The position numbers were made by a program, and so were the translations under genes. Shown here piece after piece: positions 10,039 to 19,117 of a stretch of 64,000 nucleotides of DNA. The first letter of the stretch is position 1; each line of letters opens with the position of its first letter. This DNA is from a bacterium (lineage in GTDB: Bacteria; JAJVIF01). The notes below the pieces were generated by a model. The model searched no databases. It was not told where the DNA came from and saw nothing but the letters and a program-made list of their open reading frames with translations. The stretch lies in assembly GCA_022072165.1 (NCBI GenBank), contig JAJVIF010000002.1, positions 176,221 to 240,220 of the forward strand. Direction: 5' to 3'.

Positions 10039-11460
10039 ATGAGTACCCGCGTCCGCTTCGCCCCCTCCCCGACCGGTTCCCTGCACATCGGGTCGGCCCG
10101 TACCGCCCTCTTCAACTTTCTCTACGCCCGTGCAACTGGCGGGACCTTCATCCTCCGGATCGAGGACACCGATGAGCAGCGGAGCACCGACGCGTCGCTG
10201 ATCACCATCATCGAAGGCCTCCGCTGGCTTGGCATCCATTGGGATGAGGGACCAGGGGCTGATGCCACTGCCGGCGCGCTGACCTCCGTGGGGGAGTACG
10301 GCCCTTACTACCAGTCGCAGCGCAAGGATCGTCATGAGCACTACGCCGCGCAACTGGTGGCCTCAGGTGCGGCGCACTGGGTCGATGCGGAGTATGTCTC
10401 GCATGGCAGTGACAAGCAGGAGGGGGATGCCCTCGCCTTCCGGGTGCCAAACGAAGGCGAGACGGTGGTCTACGACAAGATCAAGGGAGAGGTCCGGTTT
10501 AAGAATGAGGACCTCCAGGACTTTGTGATCGTGAAGGCCAACGGCACCGCGCTCTACAACTTCGCGGTCGTGTGCGACGACCTCGATATGGCGATTTCAC
10601 TGGTCCTGCGCGGGGATGATCACCTCTCGAACACACCAAAGCAGATTCTGCTCTATCAGGCGCTGGGCATGAAGCCGCCTGCTTTTGGTCACATCCCGCT
10701 CATCCACGACGAAGAGGGGGGAAAGATTTCCAAGCGGAAGCAGTACCAGTGGGCGACACACACCGCGTGGTACCAGGAGCAGGGGTTCCTGCCCGAGGCA
10801 TTCGTCAATTACCTCGCCCGCCTCTGCTGGTCCGATGGCACGGATAACGAGTTCTGGACCCTGTCGCAGCTGGAGAAAAAGTTCGGCCTCAAGGGGATCG
10901 CGTCCACCCCGGCGCGTTTCGACTTCACCAAGCTGAAGTGGTTCAACGGCAAGTACATCCGGGAGCTTTTCAAAGAGGACCCCGCACGGTACTGGTCTCT
11001 GCTGCGTCCTCTTTTCGTGCAGGCCGGGTTCCTGGTGGAGTCCGGGGGATCAGCTGAGGAGGAGGCGCGGGCGGAGGCGATCGGTGCACTCTTCTACGAT
11101 CGCCTGGAGTACTTCGCACAGATCGCGGAACTGGCGCATTACTTCTATCATGCTCCAGCGACGTACCCCGCTGACGAGGTCGCTAAGGCGAAAGTGACCG
11201 AGGCTTCACTGACGCTGCTCGGCCATCTGGTGCCTGTGCTGGAGGGAGTCACCGACTGGAGTCACGACGCCCTGGATGCCACGCTGCGGGAGTACACCAC
11301 CGCACAGGGGGTGAAGTTTGGCGAACTGGTGCATCCCCTGCGACTGGCGCTGACTGGCAGCACCGCGAGTCCGGGGATTTTCGATGTCCTGCTGCTCCTC
11401 GGACGCGAAGAAACTCAGCGCCGGATCCAGGCGCTCTGTGCCGCTGATGTGATGAGCTGA
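10039..11460 (+). CDS. gltX: glutamate--tRNA ligase
   Basis: 473 aa. Class I signatures HIGSARTALFNF (HIGH) and KISKRK (KMSKS). Conserved LRIEDTD and YNFAVVCDD blocks. Confidence 0.95.
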   Translation: MSTRVRFAPSPTGSLHIGSARTALFNFLYARATGGTFILRIEDTDEQRSTDASLITIIEGLRWLGIHWDEGPGADATAGALTSVGEYGPYYQSQRKDRHEHYAAQLVASGAAHWVDAEYVSHGSDKQEGDALAFRVPNEGETVVYDKIKGEVRFKNEDLQDFVIVKANGTALYNFAVVCDDLDMAISLVLRGDDHLSNTPKQILLYQALGMKPPAFGHIPLIHDEEGGKISKRKQYQWATHTAWYQEQGFLPEAFVNYLARLCWSDGTDNEFWTLSQLEKKFGLKGIASTPARFDFTKLKWFNGKYIRELFKEDPARYWSLLRPLFVQAGFLVESGGSAEEEARAEAIGALFYDRLEYFAQIAELAHYFYHAPATYPADEVAKAKVTEASLTLLGHLVPVLEGVTDWSHDALDATLREYTTAQGVKFGELVHPLRLALTGSTASPGIFDVLLLLGREETQRRIQALCAADVMS

Positions 11461-11473
11461 CGGCGCGCTGGCG

Positions 11474-14086
11474 TTAGTTGTCCGACGGTGTCACCGACGC
11501 CGGGATCACCGCTGAGGGGCTGATGCTTTCGCTCATCCCGACCAGCCCAACCCGCGGGGAAGCCTGGCGATACAGCATCAGTCGGCCCCGCAAGTTCATT
11601 TGGGTTGCCTCGCCGTCCTCTTCACCGTTCTCGAACAGCGTCTGGATGCTCCAGTCTGAGCTCAGGATCGGATGATTGCCTGCTGTACGACGTGAGGTTG
11701 CAATACGCCAGTGCCGGGGCTCCTGATCCGGCTGCTGGGCCAGGTAATCCTCGTATTTGAATCCATAGGCCAGGAAGAGTTTGCCGTTGGCTTCGAGCAG
11801 CGATGACGACCCACCACCGTCAGAGTCCAGGTCCAGGACATCCCAGTCTGCCAGTGCTGCAGGCTCTGCAACTTTGGCCAGCAACAATCGTTGCTGACGG
11901 GTTTTCGCTGTGCTCCCACTGTCACGGGTGTAATAGCTCAGGGCCGGGCGGCCATCGCTGCGGATCAGGAGTGATGGCCGGAAGTCGGCAAAGCTGTAAG
12001 TGCCGACTCCCGCATCAAAAGTCTGGAGCGACCAGTCCGCATTGGAGGCCGGGAGGGTCTCGCTTGCCCGGAAGAGGAGTTGCTCCATAGGTCCGCCGAG
12101 CTCTGACTGCGACGCTGTGATCAGCAGCCAGAGCCGGTCATTCGCCACTCCCAGGAGGGGATTCTTGTACCGGAACAAAATCGTGCCGTTATCCAGGCTG
12201 TGCTTCGTCCAGTTGCTGGCTGGGGGATCGGTGGGAGTGCCGCTGTTGGAGATGTAGACCTGATTGCGGGCGACTGTCACCAGGCGTCCCCCAACCGAGG
12301 CCAGCGTCAGCCGACTCCATTCCCACAGCATCTCGCTTTCCGGAGTGGCGATCGGGATGCTCGTAGCGAGCCAGTCGCCCTCGGCGATCGGGTTGTCTTT
12401 CGTGGCCTGGCGCAGTCGCATATAGGGCGTCCCGGTGTCGTTGGCTCGATAGAGCGCCACCAGGCGGTTGTTGTGGATGGCCAGGGCAGGTGTGACCGGC
12501 GCACTGGCCGGGTTCAGGGTCTCCAGTCGGAGTTTGTCCCAGTCGGTGGCACGCTGTGGATCGGCCACCTTCCCAATGTAGATATCGACCAGCGGCTGTC
12601 CCCCCTCGCCCGGGACATCAGAGAAGCCATCCACGAGGATCACAGGCTTATCCAAATAGTTGATGACCGCGTAGTCATTCGCGCTGATGTTGGGAAGTGA
12701 GTCGAAGGCGTTCCAGACACCAATCGACGTGTTGATCACGCGGACCGAGCCGGACTTGTTTGCCGACACCCGCCCACAGGCATCTCGCGCCCGGAAGGTC
12801 ATCGGGAAGTAACCCGCACTGTCTGGGATACCGGAAAGGGTGGTGCCATTGATGCTGAGCCAGAGGGGGCCTGAGACCGGTTCCAGCGTTATGGCTCCTG
12901 TCCCGCCGGTGACCTCCAGCGTTGCTTCCCAGGGCTGGTTCACTCCTGCGATGGGAAGATTGAAGGACTCCAGCGTAGGAGCCGTCCCCTCACAGTCTGC
13001 AATCGTGATAGTGAAGTCCCGGGTGCCAGACTGCGGCGGGTCGCAATTGTCGGTCGCCCGCAACGTGACAGCAATCTCCTGGGGACTGGGAGGCGTTCCG
13101 ACCAGTCGCCAGCTCCGGGCGTCGGGCTGTTCGAGTTGCAACCATGACGGCACCGCGCCGCCCCCCTGGAGGGTCAGGGCCAGCGTGAGCGTCCCGGTCC
13201 CGGTCAGGGTCCCGGTAGATTCGAAGAGGGAGCCAGCGGACCCGGCGAGATTCGACGGGTCACCGATGGTCGGGGGGTCGGTGCATTCATCCGGGGACTC
13301 GATCCGCATGCGGAACTTCAGATCAGCCGCTCGCCCAACCCCGCAGGCATCAATGACCGTAAGGATGAAGTCGAACATACCACCCGTTGTCGGCGTTCCG
13401 ATCAGACTACCATCGACCAGGGTTAATCCGGGCGGAAAATCTCCCCGCTGGTCAATTGTTAGCACGGGAATTTGGTACTGGAACGGCTTCACCCCAGAAT
13501 CGACGAAACTCTCCAACAGCAGGTCCGTGGCGACTCCCACCGGGCGTGTGCCCAGATTGATGACCGATTGAGAGCTGAGGTACCCGGGGCGGGGTCCGCA
13601 GGTGGTCCGGGAAAATGATGCGTATTTGGCGTCTACACTGTAAAAGTCACGCGCTGGCTTTTCAGGGGTCTCCTTCGCGAGATCACTGTTGTACTTGTAG
13701 GTGAGACGCGCCTGGATGAAGAAGTTGCCTTCTAGAGAATCCGGAATCCGTGCGGTGGAGACACCATTGGGTACCCGCACGAAGGGGATCACCGCCACCT
13801 GGTCTGCTCCGGCAGGCGATGGCCTGGAGGGATTAGTCGCGCTCGGCTTAAAGACCACGAACTCCCATCTCTGTACCGTGATGCTTACGACATTGTTGGC
13901 AATACCGACATTCTGGAGCTGAACAAACTGCTCTTCGCCAACCTCCGCATCCTGCGCCACAACGATGATGCGGTCTGACACCACATCAACGGTATCGCCG
14001 ATGGTCCCTCCGGGGTTACAACCCAGACTCCCGAAGATCCAGCCTGTCAGAAGACCAAGAAACACCAGTGTTTGCAGGATTCGCAT
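11474..14086 (-). CDS. large lipoprotein: three He_PIG-type putative Ig domains + Trp-rich propeller-like C-terminus
   Basis: Trimmed to ATG 14086 (GGAGG upstream). Signal peptide with lipobox FGSLG|C. Ig-type repeats (GLTLVDGSLIGTPTTGGMFDFILTVIDACG; SWLQLE..LVGTPP..TLRATDNC; LWLSINGTTLSGIP..FRARDACG). C-terminal periodic DW.x.x.L strands. Confidence 0.8.
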   Translation of the reverse strand: MRILQTLVFLGLLTGWIFGSLGCNPGGTIGDTVDVVSDRIIVVAQDAEVGEEQFVQLQNVGIANNVVSITVQRWEFVVFKPSATNPSRPSPAGADQVAVIPFVRVPNGVSTARIPDSLEGNFFIQARLTYKYNSDLAKETPEKPARDFYSVDAKYASFSRTTCGPRPGYLSSQSVINLGTRPVGVATDLLLESFVDSGVKPFQYQIPVLTIDQRGDFPPGLTLVDGSLIGTPTTGGMFDFILTVIDACGVGRAADLKFRMRIESPDECTDPPTIGDPSNLAGSAGSLFESTGTLTGTGTLTLALTLQGGGAVPSWLQLEQPDARSWRLVGTPPSPQEIAVTLRATDNCDPPQSGTRDFTITIADCEGTAPTLESFNLPIAGVNQPWEATLEVTGGTGAITLEPVSGPLWLSINGTTLSGIPDSAGYFPMTFRARDACGRVSANKSGSVRVINTSIGVWNAFDSLPNISANDYAVINYLDKPVILVDGFSDVPGEGGQPLVDIYIGKVADPQRATDWDKLRLETLNPASAPVTPALAIHNNRLVALYRANDTGTPYMRLRQATKDNPIAEGDWLATSIPIATPESEMLWEWSRLTLASVGGRLVTVARNQVYISNSGTPTDPPASNWTKHSLDNGTILFRYKNPLLGVANDRLWLLITASQSELGGPMEQLLFRASETLPASNADWSLQTFDAGVGTYSFADFRPSLLIRSDGRPALSYYTRDSGSTAKTRQQRLLLAKVAEPAALADWDVLDLDSDGGGSSSLLEANGKLFLAYGFKYEDYLAQQPDQEPRHWRIATSRRTAGNHPILSSDWSIQTLFENGEEDGEATQMNLRGRLMLYRQASPRVGLVGMSESISPSAVIPASVTPSDN

Positions 14087-14230
14087 GTTGCCTCCGAGTG
14101 GGGGGCACCGCGTGGTTCGCACACTCCCGGCACAGACCACTCAGTTTGCTTTTCGTCTAGGGACTGTCAAAACTATAGACCAATTTTCAGGTCGTTACAA
14201 CGTTTCCTCCACGCTCGAACGTCGGAGAAC

Positions 14231-14752
14231 TCACCGCCCCCGGGCGTGACGAAAGCCGCGTGCAAGCCGTCCCAATCCACTGATGGTCAGCGCGATGGTG
14301 ATCGCAATCGTGAAGAGCGCCATGAGGAGGGCCACGACACTGAAGCCCAGCAACGGATGCACCTGCCGCACCGCCCGGGCACCGAAGGGTGCTTCAAACG
14401 GCGGGGTGAAGGGTGTCTCCCGGGGGTCAGCTTCCCAACGAACCCGTTGCCAGGGCTCGTCGACACCGGTAGCGGATGTCGCCCCGGACCACCAAACCGG
14501 CTCCTCAACTGTGACCGGTCGACGCTGGCGGTAGATCCGCTCCCGGTCGTAACGCTCCCGCTGTACCGGGTCAGACAGCACCTCATACGCCTCGCTAAAG
14601 CGGCGAAACCGATTCTCATAGGTTTCCCGTTCGCCTTCGGGTGCTTTGTCGGGATGCCACTGCTGTGCGAGCTTCATGAAGGCACGGCGGATGACTGCCG
14701 AGTCGGCATCCTGTGGGACCTCCAGCAATTCGTAGTAGCTCGTTGCGGGCAT
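14231..14752 (-). CDS. membrane-anchored J-domain (DnaJ-like) protein
   Basis: N-terminal J domain YYELLEV..IRRAFMKLAQQWHPDK..AYEVLSDP..R..YD. C-terminal TM segment LLGFSVVALLMALFTIAITIALTI. Confidence 0.85.
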   Translation of the reverse strand: MPATSYYELLEVPQDADSAVIRRAFMKLAQQWHPDKAPEGERETYENRFRRFSEAYEVLSDPVQRERYDRERIYRQRRPVTVEEPVWWSGATSATGVDEPWQRVRWEADPRETPFTPPFEAPFGARAVRQVHPLLGFSVVALLMALFTIAITIALTISGLGRLARGFRHARGR

Positions 14753-15259
14753 CGGGTGCCGGTCCTCAGGGAGTCATTATGCCTGTAGACCGTTCACAGG
14801 GGGGAAAGGTTGCACGGGCTGGATGACAGATCCGCAAGCAATCAGCCCCCGGGGGAGGTCTCCCCCCCGGGGGCCGTGGCGTCTGCACCTGCACTGCAAA
14901 GGAGCGAGAGAACTCCGTCGCGTCTGTCCGATGGATGTGGTGTCACTGCGGCAGTCCGACCTCTGGTGGAGCCGGCAACGGCGCGAGAGCGAGGCGTGGT
15001 GGACCCGGACCGGCATGCGGGTCGGGCAGTCGCCCTACTACAAGGGTCGCACCGATGGCCAGACCGAGCGCGAGCCACATGCCGACTGTCAGGGTGGTCG
15101 AAGGGATGTCCAGTTCATCGACAGGTTGCATGCGATTCGCCCCTTTCGACGCTGGTACGAACCCGCCCGAAGTGAAGTGCCACCCGTATACTCAGGCAGG
15201 CAAGCCGCCACGTCCTTAACCACCTCGGGAGGCATCTGAAGGAGACTGAAGCGCAACCT

Positions 15260-16327
15260 ATGGCAGATGTAACGGAACAACAGGTCCTTGATGCGCTCCA
15301 GGTCGTCAAAGACCCGGACCTGCACCGCTCCATTGTCGATCTCGGCTTCGTCCAGCACCTGCGAGTCTGCGACGGGATCGTCGCATTCACCATCGTACTG
15401 ACCACCCCCGCCTGTCCGGTGAAGGATCAGCTCAAAGACGAAGCCATCGCGGCGGTCAAAACGCTTCCCGGCGTCTCCCAGGTGAATGTGGAGATGGACG
15501 CCAGTGTCCGCTCGTTCCAGTCGAAGGATATGGGCGCCCGTTTGCCGGGTGTCCGGAACATCCTCCTGGTCTCTTCGGCCAAAGGAGGGGTCGGCAAGAG
15601 CACGGTCGCGGCGAACATTGCCGTGGCGTTGGCCAAAACCGGCGCGAGTGTTGGACTCCTGGATGCAGACATCTATGGTCCGAGTGTCCCGATCCTCTTT
15701 GGACTGGAAGGACCGCCGGAGGTCGTGGACAACAAGATCCAGCCGTTCGAGAAGTACGGTGTCAAACTCATGTCGATCGGCTTCCTGATCACCGAGGAGC
15801 AGGCGGTCATCTGGCGCGGTCCCATGGTGATGCGGGCGCTCACGCAGTTCTTTGATGACGTGGAGTGGGGCGCGCTGGACTACCTGGTTCTCGACCTCCC
15901 CCCCGGCACGGGGGATGCCCAGCTCACCATCGCCCAGTCGCTGGATGTCGCCGGGGCGCTCATCGTGACGACCCCGCAGGATGTCGCGTTTGCCGATGTC
16001 CGCCGGGGGATCCAGATGTTCCGCCAGACCAGCATCAACATCCTCGGCATCATCGAGAACATGGCGTTCTTCGTCTGTCCCTGCTGTGGGGAGGCGACGG
16101 AGATTTTCCAGCCGGGGCGACGCCGCCAGGCCCGGGAGGATGTGGAAGTCCCCTTCCTTGCCCGATTGCCCATCGATCCGGCCATCGCCGATGCCACCGA
16201 CAACGGGATGCCCATCGTGGTCGCCCAACCGGAAAATCCGCAGGCGCAGATTTTCCAGCAACTGGCGGGCGAGGTGGTCCGGGAGTTGGCCAAGGTGCAC
16301 TACCGGGAAGAGCTGGCGACCGCCTGA
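15260..16327 (+). CDS. apbC: Mrp/NBP35 (ApbC) iron-sulfur cluster carrier ATPase
   Basis: 355 aa. N-terminal DUF59/MIP18-like region. Deviant Walker A SAKGGVGKST. CPCCGE cluster-ligand motif. AAGGAG upstream. Confidence 0.9.
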   Translation: MADVTEQQVLDALQVVKDPDLHRSIVDLGFVQHLRVCDGIVAFTIVLTTPACPVKDQLKDEAIAAVKTLPGVSQVNVEMDASVRSFQSKDMGARLPGVRNILLVSSAKGGVGKSTVAANIAVALAKTGASVGLLDADIYGPSVPILFGLEGPPEVVDNKIQPFEKYGVKLMSIGFLITEEQAVIWRGPMVMRALTQFFDDVEWGALDYLVLDLPPGTGDAQLTIAQSLDVAGALIVTTPQDVAFADVRRGIQMFRQTSINILGIIENMAFFVCPCCGEATEIFQPGRRRQAREDVEVPFLARLPIDPAIADATDNGMPIVVAQPENPQAQIFQQLAGEVVRELAKVHYREELATA

Positions 16328-16349
16328 GCCTGTTGGGAGCGACCTGCGG

Positions 16350-19040
16350 CTACTCCCAGGTGGCGTACTCGATCTCGGTGTTCTCGGTGTAGGGGTTCCC
16401 CGGGTTGTACTTCGTGGTGAGCCAGATGGCGGTGTACCGCCCATCGCCATGCGAGGCGATCTGGCACATCGGCTTCCCAACGCCCGTCAGCCCTGGCTCG
16501 ATCACCTGCTGCGTGCAGGCCGCGATGGTGGGGAGGGTGTCATCCTGCAGGAAGAACTTGGCCTGCACCGGCGCGGTGGGCTCCCGGTAGGAGACCAGCA
16601 GGCAGCCGCGTCCCTGGGAGTCGAAGCTGAACTGCGTACAGGGAAGCCGACTAAAGGTCACTCCCGTGGGACTGAAAATCTGCGTGAAGGATGGACTCCA
16701 GGATCCCCCTTCATAGGTCACCAGTCCCCAGGCATCTCCGGAGGAACCGATCCGGGCACCAAGCCAGATGCGACCGTTGGGTGACCGGGCCAGAATCGGC
16801 AGGTCGTAGTCCGGACCGTCGTTGTACAGGTCCGTCCCCTCAGCAGGCCAGGACCCAGTGGATGTCTGGCTCCAGATGAGCTTGCAGAGGCTCGGCACTC
16901 CTGTTGGTCCACCGGGGAAGGGGGTGTAGAGCGACTCCCAGACCGCCAGCCATTCACCATCCGCGGTCCCCACCAGCGCATGACTTGGGACGCGAGCGCT
17001 GCCGCCTTCCGATGTCACGACATCGGCACCACCGATGCGGGTCAGGGGAGACCAGACACCCGCGTTGAGGGTGGAGAAGTACATGTCGTTTGGCAGGGCG
17101 GGTAAGCCGCTCCCGGCCGGAGGCTGATCACCCCGCGACCACTGCCCGAGGAATCCCATGGTCCCGGCGGCATTCCCGATCATCAGGCAACGATCCCATT
17201 GCCCCGGATGAATGCTCGCAGGGACAGTCGCAGGCGCACTCCAGGTCCCGCCGGATTTGCTGACGCTCTGCCGCGGGCGTCCGGCGGAGTTCAGGGTGTA
17301 CATCACATGGGTGACATTGTCCGGCCCGGTCTGGCAGGAGACATGGCCCAGTCCCCCTCCACCGGAGCTGTAGATCATCTCGGGGGTATCCCAGATGATG
17401 GGGGTCGGTGAAGGCATGAAGCTCTGGTGCCAGACCTGATACGGCAGCTGCGTAAACCAGGTCAGATGCACCCGACCATCGGGACCCACCGAGAGCGCGT
17501 TGGACGTGTTCTGAGAGGTGTCAAACAGTTCCTTCTGGCTGAACGTATTGGTCAGCCTGACAGGCGCACCCCAGGCTGCAGTTGGGAGGACCGTTACCAG
17601 CGTCGTCGCCAGATCGGTCTGCGCGTCAGCAGCGCGTACCCGCAGCGCGATGACCTTCGTGGTCTCCGATGGATAGCTGGTCGAGACCAGCGCGCCGGTG
17701 GCATCGATCTGGAACAGGCTGCCGTCATAATCGAAGTCCCATTCGAAGTCGACGATCGCGCTGCTGCCCGGCAGACTGCCGGATCCATCCAGTGAAATGA
17801 GTGCGCCGGGGGCGACCGCCTCGCCGGGACAGGCGCGACTGAGCACCGCGATCGGCGGATCACCCAGGGGTGAGAAGGTCACCTGGACCGGGAAGCACTG
17901 ATACGTGGTGTACGAGGTGATCGTCACCGGGGTCCGCAGGTCTTCCAGCAACCCGACCCCGGCTGCTGCCTGATCCGTGACAGTCACCAGCCCCCAGTAT
18001 TCGCCTTCTGCGGCATTACTGGTGTTGACGACGAAAGTGGTCGCAGTCAGGGGCGACGGGTCCTGCCCGGTCCCACTCAGAGAAAGCGTCAACGGCCCAG
18101 CAGTCACACCCGGGATCTCCAATGTCGCCGACACTACATCACTGCCAAGGGAATACCCGTGCTTCCAGTCCCAGATGTCGACTTTGTACTCCGCTGACGA
18201 TGTCGGATCACCGGCTTCCAGAGAATTCGCAAGTTCAGTCACGTTGATTTTCCAGGGGGCATTCCCCGCAAATTGTGGCAGCTCGTACTGCGGATTCTGA
18301 CGGGTCGCACGCACCGCGGACTGCCCATAGTCAGCGGTGAGATAGATACGAAAGCGGACCTGGCTCGCCGGGGTCAGCCGCAGCGCGAGGGTGGCTTCGG
18401 ATGTCATGCCGGGGAAAAGCACATTGAAACCCGCCGGCTGCTGATAGTTAAAGGGATCCGACCCCGTGTCCTCCCGCATGAGGATGTAAGGCTGGACAGG
18501 TGCGGCTGCGAAAGCGGGAGCACTGGCGGCCGTGTCGAGCCACATGCGACCGTAGCCCGCCGCATTGGTCACGAGGTCCGGCACCGTCGCGACACCAGCC
18601 AGGTTGGTGGCGGGTTCATCGGAAACGACCCAGGCTTTGACATTGAAGATCGCCAGGTCCGGGCGAATGGCAGGCGCAAAGGGATGCCGAATCCGGAAGT
18701 CGACTTCCACATCGCCGCTCCCGCTGTGTCGCAGCCCCAGCACCTCGAAGTTCCGCCCGAACATCTCTGTAAAGGCCGGAGCCAGTCCCAACTCGCTGTA
18801 GGTATCACCGATGGCGGTGGCTGCGCGATGGGGGGTCAGCGTGGCTGAAGCAGCGACCAGATCGATGCCGAGGTCGAAGCTGCTGAGCAGCGCTCCTTCC
18901 TGCAAACGCCCCTCAGCCGGTGATGCTACTGGCGGTGCTGCGGTCCCGGTGGGACTGGCCCCCCGTTCAGCGCAACTGGTCGCCAGTGCGAGGGGGATCA
19001 GCATCAGGCCCACCAGGGGCAGGGTGTGGTGGCGGGTCAT
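16350..19040 (-). CDS. array paralog 1: lipoprotein, unassigned N-module + PKD-like + Asp-box-like propeller
   Basis: Trimmed to ATG 19040 (GAGGAG 7 nt upstream). Lipobox LALATS|C. N-module blocks AAIGDTYSELGLAPAF, IRHPFAPAIRPDLAIFNVKAWVV, APVQPYILMRED, YLTADYGQSAVRATRQNPQYELPQFAGNAPWK, VDIWDWKHG and EYWGLVTVTD. PKD-like FEWDFDYDGS..ALRVRA. Strands GGTWSAP, AGVWSPL, TGSWPAE and GGSWSPS. Ends YATWE. Confidence 0.85.
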   Translation of the reverse strand: MTRHHTLPLVGLMLIPLALATSCAERGASPTGTAAPPVASPAEGRLQEGALLSSFDLGIDLVAASATLTPHRAATAIGDTYSELGLAPAFTEMFGRNFEVLGLRHSGSGDVEVDFRIRHPFAPAIRPDLAIFNVKAWVVSDEPATNLAGVATVPDLVTNAAGYGRMWLDTAASAPAFAAAPVQPYILMREDTGSDPFNYQQPAGFNVLFPGMTSEATLALRLTPASQVRFRIYLTADYGQSAVRATRQNPQYELPQFAGNAPWKINVTELANSLEAGDPTSSAEYKVDIWDWKHGYSLGSDVVSATLEIPGVTAGPLTLSLSGTGQDPSPLTATTFVVNTSNAAEGEYWGLVTVTDQAAAGVGLLEDLRTPVTITSYTTYQCFPVQVTFSPLGDPPIAVLSRACPGEAVAPGALISLDGSGSLPGSSAIVDFEWDFDYDGSLFQIDATGALVSTSYPSETTKVIALRVRAADAQTDLATTLVTVLPTAAWGAPVRLTNTFSQKELFDTSQNTSNALSVGPDGRVHLTWFTQLPYQVWHQSFMPSPTPIIWDTPEMIYSSGGGGLGHVSCQTGPDNVTHVMYTLNSAGRPRQSVSKSGGTWSAPATVPASIHPGQWDRCLMIGNAAGTMGFLGQWSRGDQPPAGSGLPALPNDMYFSTLNAGVWSPLTRIGGADVVTSEGGSARVPSHALVGTADGEWLAVWESLYTPFPGGPTGVPSLCKLIWSQTSTGSWPAEGTDLYNDGPDYDLPILARSPNGRIWLGARIGSSGDAWGLVTYEGGSWSPSFTQIFSPTGVTFSRLPCTQFSFDSQGRGCLLVSYREPTAPVQAKFFLQDDTLPTIAACTQQVIEPGLTGVGKPMCQIASHGDGRYTAIWLTTKYNPGNPYTENTEIEYATWE

Positions 19041-19117
19041 TGGTCGCTCCTCGGATAGCGCTGACAGTCCCAACGTACGGTTGGGGAGTTACAGATGCGG
19101 GACGGCAGCATGTCGGG

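Noticed and set aside
15089-16480. Minus-strand ORF of 463 aa
   Set aside because: It is antisense to mrp/apbC (Walker A and CPCC motifs lie on the plus strand) and is Arg/Pro/Gly-rich.
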